Of a DNA stretch of 32,000 nucleotides, positions 28,786-32,000 are shown in pieces. Numbering within the stretch: the first letter of the stretch is position 1; every line of letters starts with the position of its first letter. Below the pieces are notes generated by a model. The model searched no databases and was not told where the DNA came from. It was given only the letters and a program-made list of their open reading frames with translations. This stretch comes from Pseudomonadota bacterium (GTDB taxonomy: Bacteria; Pseudomonadota; Alphaproteobacteria; Rhizobiales; Rhizobiaceae). The position numbers were made by a program, and so were the translations under genes. The stretch spans positions 19,255 to 51,254 of the forward strand of contig JBCCXO010000007.1 of the NCBI GenBank assembly GCA_039191645.1. Direction: 5' to 3'.

Positions 28786-30675
28786 ATGGCAGAACACTAT
28801 CCCCAACACCCTCTGGATCCGTTAAGTGCAAATGAAATCGCAAAAGCGGTGAAGGTTGTAAAAGAAAAATCGGCTTTAGATGAAACCGGCTGGTTCGAAA
28901 CGATCACGCTGGAAGAACCCCGCCTTCCAATCGAGCAAGCGATCTCACCATCTGATCCCGTCGACCGCAGGGCATTTGTTTGTTGTTACGAGCCGTCCTC
29001 CAATCGAACATTAAAAGGCATCGTCAACCTCGATCATGACAGCATTGAAGAATGGGAACATGTAGAGGGCGCACAAGCACGGATCGTCCCGGATGAATTT
29101 GATATGGGCGATAAACTCGCAAAGCAAGATGCGCGATTTGTGGAGGCGCTCGCAAAAAGAGGAATTACAGATCTCGACAGCGTATTGGTCGAAAGCTGGG
29201 CTGCAGGCAATTTTGGCATTGAAGAAGAGCAAGGAGAACGCATCGCCTATTGCCACTGCTGGGTTTGCAACGATGCGGGCGACAACAGATACGGCAGACC
29301 GATTGCAAACCTTCACCCGGTATTAGACCTAAGACGAAAGAAAGTAATTCGTGTTGATGATTTTGGAGTGGTCCCGTTACCGCCAGACTCCAAACCAATT
29401 CGTCCAACAGAAAACTTGCGGGATGACATCAAAAAGCTTGAAATCTCCCAACCAGATGGCCCCAGCTTCAAAGTAAATGGCTACAGCGTCGAATGGCAGC
29501 GATGGCATGTGAGAGTAGGATTCAATCAACGCGAAGGATTGGTTCTTCATAACATAGCCTACAACGACAGCGGCAAAATCAGGCCAATCATGCGCCGCGC
29601 CTCCATGGCAGAAATGGTTGTCCCCTACGGCGACCCAACAAATGGAAATTATCGTCGCAACGCGTTCGATACCGGCGAGTATGGCCTTGGCGCATGCCTT
29701 GATTCACTGACGCTTGGATGCGATTGCCTTGGATACATTCATTATTTTGACCTGTGTACGCATGATTGGAAAGGCACACCGCTAGAGACCAAAAATGCGG
29801 TTTGCATGCATGAAGAAGACTTCGGCATCCTTTGGAAACATACTGACAAAATCACAGGTAAAATGCGCGCTGTAAGATCGCGAAGGCTGGTAATTTCCTC
29901 TATATGTACAATCGGGAATTATGTGTATGGCTTTTTCTGGTATTTTTATCAGGACGGAACGATTGGGATTGAGATCAAAGCAACCGGCATCCCGTTCCCA
30001 ACCGGTATCGCGCCTGGCAAAGAACCACAATTCGGAGCCTTGGTTGCACCCGGCATAGAATCCCACATGCATCAACACACGTTCAGCTTTCGATTTGACA
30101 TGTGTGTTGATGGCGAAAACAATTCAGTGCACGAGGTAGAATTCGAAGCAGCCCCTATGGGCGCGGCCAACCCGTACGGAAATGCGGTAAAAATTCACGA
30201 CCGAACCCTTGAAAACGAAGCGGACGCCAGAAGAGAATTGGATCTTGCCAAAGGCAGATACTGGAAAGTTGTAAACCCGAATTCAATAAATACGCTGGGC
30301 AGTCCAGTGGCCTACAAACTGGCACCGGGAACAAATGCCCTTCCCCTTTTGGATCCAGAAGCACCCGTTGCGAAACGTGCTGGATTTATGTTCAAACACT
30401 TTTGGGCCACACCCTATCATCCAAAGGAACTCTATCCCGCTGGCTGGTACCCAAACCAAAGCAATCCTGGTGAAGGACTGCCTAAATGGACGCAAGCAAA
30501 GCGCTCAATTGAAAACACAGATATCGTGACCTGGTACACGTTGGGATTTAACCACCTTCCCAGACCGGAAGACTGGCCAGTTCAACCCGTCGTTTATGCA
30601 GGATTTCACTGGATGCCAGACGGGTTTTTCACTGAGAACCCGGCCCTCGATGTTCCACCCGGAAACGGAAGGTGA
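28786..30675 (+). CDS. Copper-containing (TPQ) primary amine oxidase
   Basis: FDTGEYGLGACLDSLTLGCDCLGYIHYFD, VCMHEEDFGILWKHTDKITGK, TIGNYVYGFFWYFYQDG (TPQ site), HMHQH and GFNHLPRPEDWPVQP (copper ligands). Confidence 0.93.
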   Translation: MAEHYPQHPLDPLSANEIAKAVKVVKEKSALDETGWFETITLEEPRLPIEQAISPSDPVDRRAFVCCYEPSSNRTLKGIVNLDHDSIEEWEHVEGAQARIVPDEFDMGDKLAKQDARFVEALAKRGITDLDSVLVESWAAGNFGIEEEQGERIAYCHCWVCNDAGDNRYGRPIANLHPVLDLRRKKVIRVDDFGVVPLPPDSKPIRPTENLRDDIKKLEISQPDGPSFKVNGYSVEWQRWHVRVGFNQREGLVLHNIAYNDSGKIRPIMRRASMAEMVVPYGDPTNGNYRRNAFDTGEYGLGACLDSLTLGCDCLGYIHYFDLCTHDWKGTPLETKNAVCMHEEDFGILWKHTDKITGKMRAVRSRRLVISSICTIGNYVYGFFWYFYQDGTIGIEIKATGIPFPTGIAPGKEPQFGALVAPGIESHMHQHTFSFRFDMCVDGENNSVHEVEFEAAPMGAANPYGNAVKIHDRTLENEADARRELDLAKGRYWKVVNPNSINTLGSPVAYKLAPGTNALPLLDPEAPVAKRAGFMFKHFWATPYHPKELYPAGWYPNQSNPGEGLPKWTQAKRSIENTDIVTWYTLGFNHLPRPEDWPVQPVVYAGFHWMPDGFFTENPALDVPPGNGR

Positions 30676-30692
30676 TACACAGTAAGGTGGGT

Positions 30693-30923
30693 TCAATCGA
30701 CTAAAAGGCCCTCATGTCTGGCAAGTGCATGGGGGTCTTCAAAATCAAATTTGCAACAGCGCCGGTATATCTCCAGCATTTCATGCGAAAGTTCCCCGCA
30801 AGCATAAAGAAACATCGCAGCAGCATATCGGTCATATCCGGAACCGGGAATTCCGATTTTCAACGCAAGCATCGCGCGCTGCGTTTCAATATCAAAAAAT
30901 TTGCAAGTCTCGGAATCGTTCAT
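30693..30923 (-). CDS. Hypothetical protein, 76 aa, coupled to the Rieske oxygenase gene
   Basis: ATGA overlap with the stop codon of the upstream Rieske oxygenase gene (ATG 30923, TGA 30920-30922). Confidence 0.7.
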   Translation of the reverse strand: MNDSETCKFFDIETQRAMLALKIGIPGSGYDRYAAAMFLYACGELSHEMLEIYRRCCKFDFEDPHALARHEGLLVD

Positions 30924-32000
30924 TGAGCGCTTTGACCTAGCTTTTTGTTAAGAACCTCAACCTTGTCCTCTCCCGGAGCAACATCAACATTGTAGACCGG
31001 CAATACCTCACGCAGATGGTCGTGATGGGTGCGAACACCATATTCCAAGTCTGACAGATAAAACCCCTCAAAAGAGGTTGCTTCCATCGACTCATTAGAC
31101 CAGATCGTCAACTGGATATCCTCCTCTACCGTTTCCCGGTCTATTCTGTTGGCAAGATAACGCGCAGCCCTTTGCTGCCGGTCTTCGTCATGGTTCCGAT
31201 AAGTGCCACTTCTCAAAAGTGTTCGATTGGTTGAAATCGGGAACTCCTGATAGAAAATTGCGGTCTCGGGGGTCATTGCAATCACTGCGTTCGGAAAAAT
31301 TCCATAGTAAACCCAGGCTTGGTGCAAGTGTTCAGGCAAGTCATTCTGGGGCTTGGAAAACTTAGTGTAATTGCGAACCGCCCACCGTCGGCCGCCCGCG
31401 CGATGAAACTCAGCAAACGATCGAGAAACACCGTTGACATAGGGTTCATCAAAATAGGTCGAACCATATAAGTCCTGAAGCGCCGGATGTGCCATGGCAA
31501 CGTGATATCCCTCATTGTCCACATCTCGAACCGACTTCCAGTTAACAGGTGTCTCTTCTGTCCAAATCTGATCCACTGGGATTTTCTTGTCCATACGATA
31601 TGCCGCCGCCTCTTCAGAAAAAGGACTCATCAACTTCGCAACCGAGGGCTGTGGACCATCGCTGAAACGAACAAAAACAAACCCGTTCCAAACTTCACAT
31701 TCCAACGGCTTCAAACCGAATTCCTTTTTGTCTAAAGGCGGAAAGCTGTTCGGCTTGGCTGCCCCTCTTAATGTACCATCAAGATTATAGACCCAGCCGT
31801 GAAAAGGGCAGACGAGTGCATTCCTGCATTGCCCTCGCTCATCCGCGACAACGCGTGACCCTCTATGCCTGCAAATGTTATGGAATGCCCTAACCGCATT
31901 ATAGGTGTCGCGCAGAATAATCCCACGCTCTCCACACAAGTCAAAGGTATGATAGCTCCCGACTTCCGGCACATCAGAAACATGACAAGCAATCTGCCAG
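30920..32000 (-). CDS. Rieske [2Fe-2S] aromatic ring-hydroxylating-type oxygenase alpha subunit, N-terminus truncated by window
   Basis: Rieske motif CRHRG...CPFHGWVYNLDG; mononuclear iron motif NEGYHVAMAHP. Frame open to the window end (WQIACHVSDVPEVGSYHTF). Confidence 0.92.
   Translation of the reverse strand, partial: WQIACHVSDVPEVGSYHTFDLCGERGIILRDTYNAVRAFHNICRHRGSRVVADERGQCRNALVCPFHGWVYNLDGTLRGAAKPNSFPPLDKKEFGLKPLECEVWNGFVFVRFSDGPQPSVAKLMSPFSEEAAAYRMDKKIPVDQIWTEETPVNWKSVRDVDNEGYHVAMAHPALQDLYGSTYFDEPYVNGVSRSFAEFHRAGGRRWAVRNYTKFSKPQNDLPEHLHQAWVYYGIFPNAVIAMTPETAIFYQEFPISTNRTLLRSGTYRNHDEDRQQRAARYLANRIDRETVEEDIQLTIWSNESMEATSFEGFYLSDLEYGVRTHHDHLREVLPVYNVDVAPGEDKVEVLNKKLGQSAQ

Noticed and set aside
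1-32000. CRISPR arrays, tRNA/rRNA, transposases, phage or toxin-antitoxin/defence systems
   Set aside because: No repeat-spacer pattern, no clover-leaf or rRNA-like sequence noticed, and all sizeable ORFs are accounted for by phototrophy and metabolic genes.

Overview
This window is most of an anoxygenic photosynthesis gene cluster from a purple-type proteobacterium. The gene set suggests an aerobic, AcsF-dependent phototroph. On the + strand: puhA (5'-truncated)-puhB-puhC-small ORF-acsF-puhE-hemA-idi. On the - strand, read from high to low coordinates: the superoperon crtE-crtF-bchC-X-Y-Z-pufQ-pufB-pufA-pufL-pufM. crtD-crtC are divergent from crtE. A second - strand run is bchI-bchD-bchO-crtI-crtB-tspO-49-aa ORF. 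dxs is divergent from bchI and is followed by a copper amine oxidase. A convergent Rieske oxygenase (truncated at the window end) with a coupled 76-aa ORF closes the window. Between idi and pufM sits a divergent pair: an ICMT-like membrane methyltransferase and an SCP2-domain protein. I see no CRISPR, tRNA, rRNA or transposon. No entirely new system is visible. The points most worth following are: (i) TGT-N12-ACA (CrtJ/PpsR-type) palindromes at the bchC, crtI, bchI, dxs and possibly amine oxidase promoters; (ii) an uncalled 49-aa membrane ORF next to tspO; (iii) a 13-codon pufK-like micro-ORF with a hairpin before pufB; (iv) a strong pufA/pufL intercistronic hairpin; (v) an LH1 beta subunit with an unusually long C-terminal tail; (vi) a crtC with no conventional start codon near its expected N-terminus; (vii) a non-canonical residue after the TPQ tyrosine in the amine oxidase; (viii) the SCP2/methyltransferase pair. 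All identifications are by recognition of protein families from the translated sequence; no database search was run.
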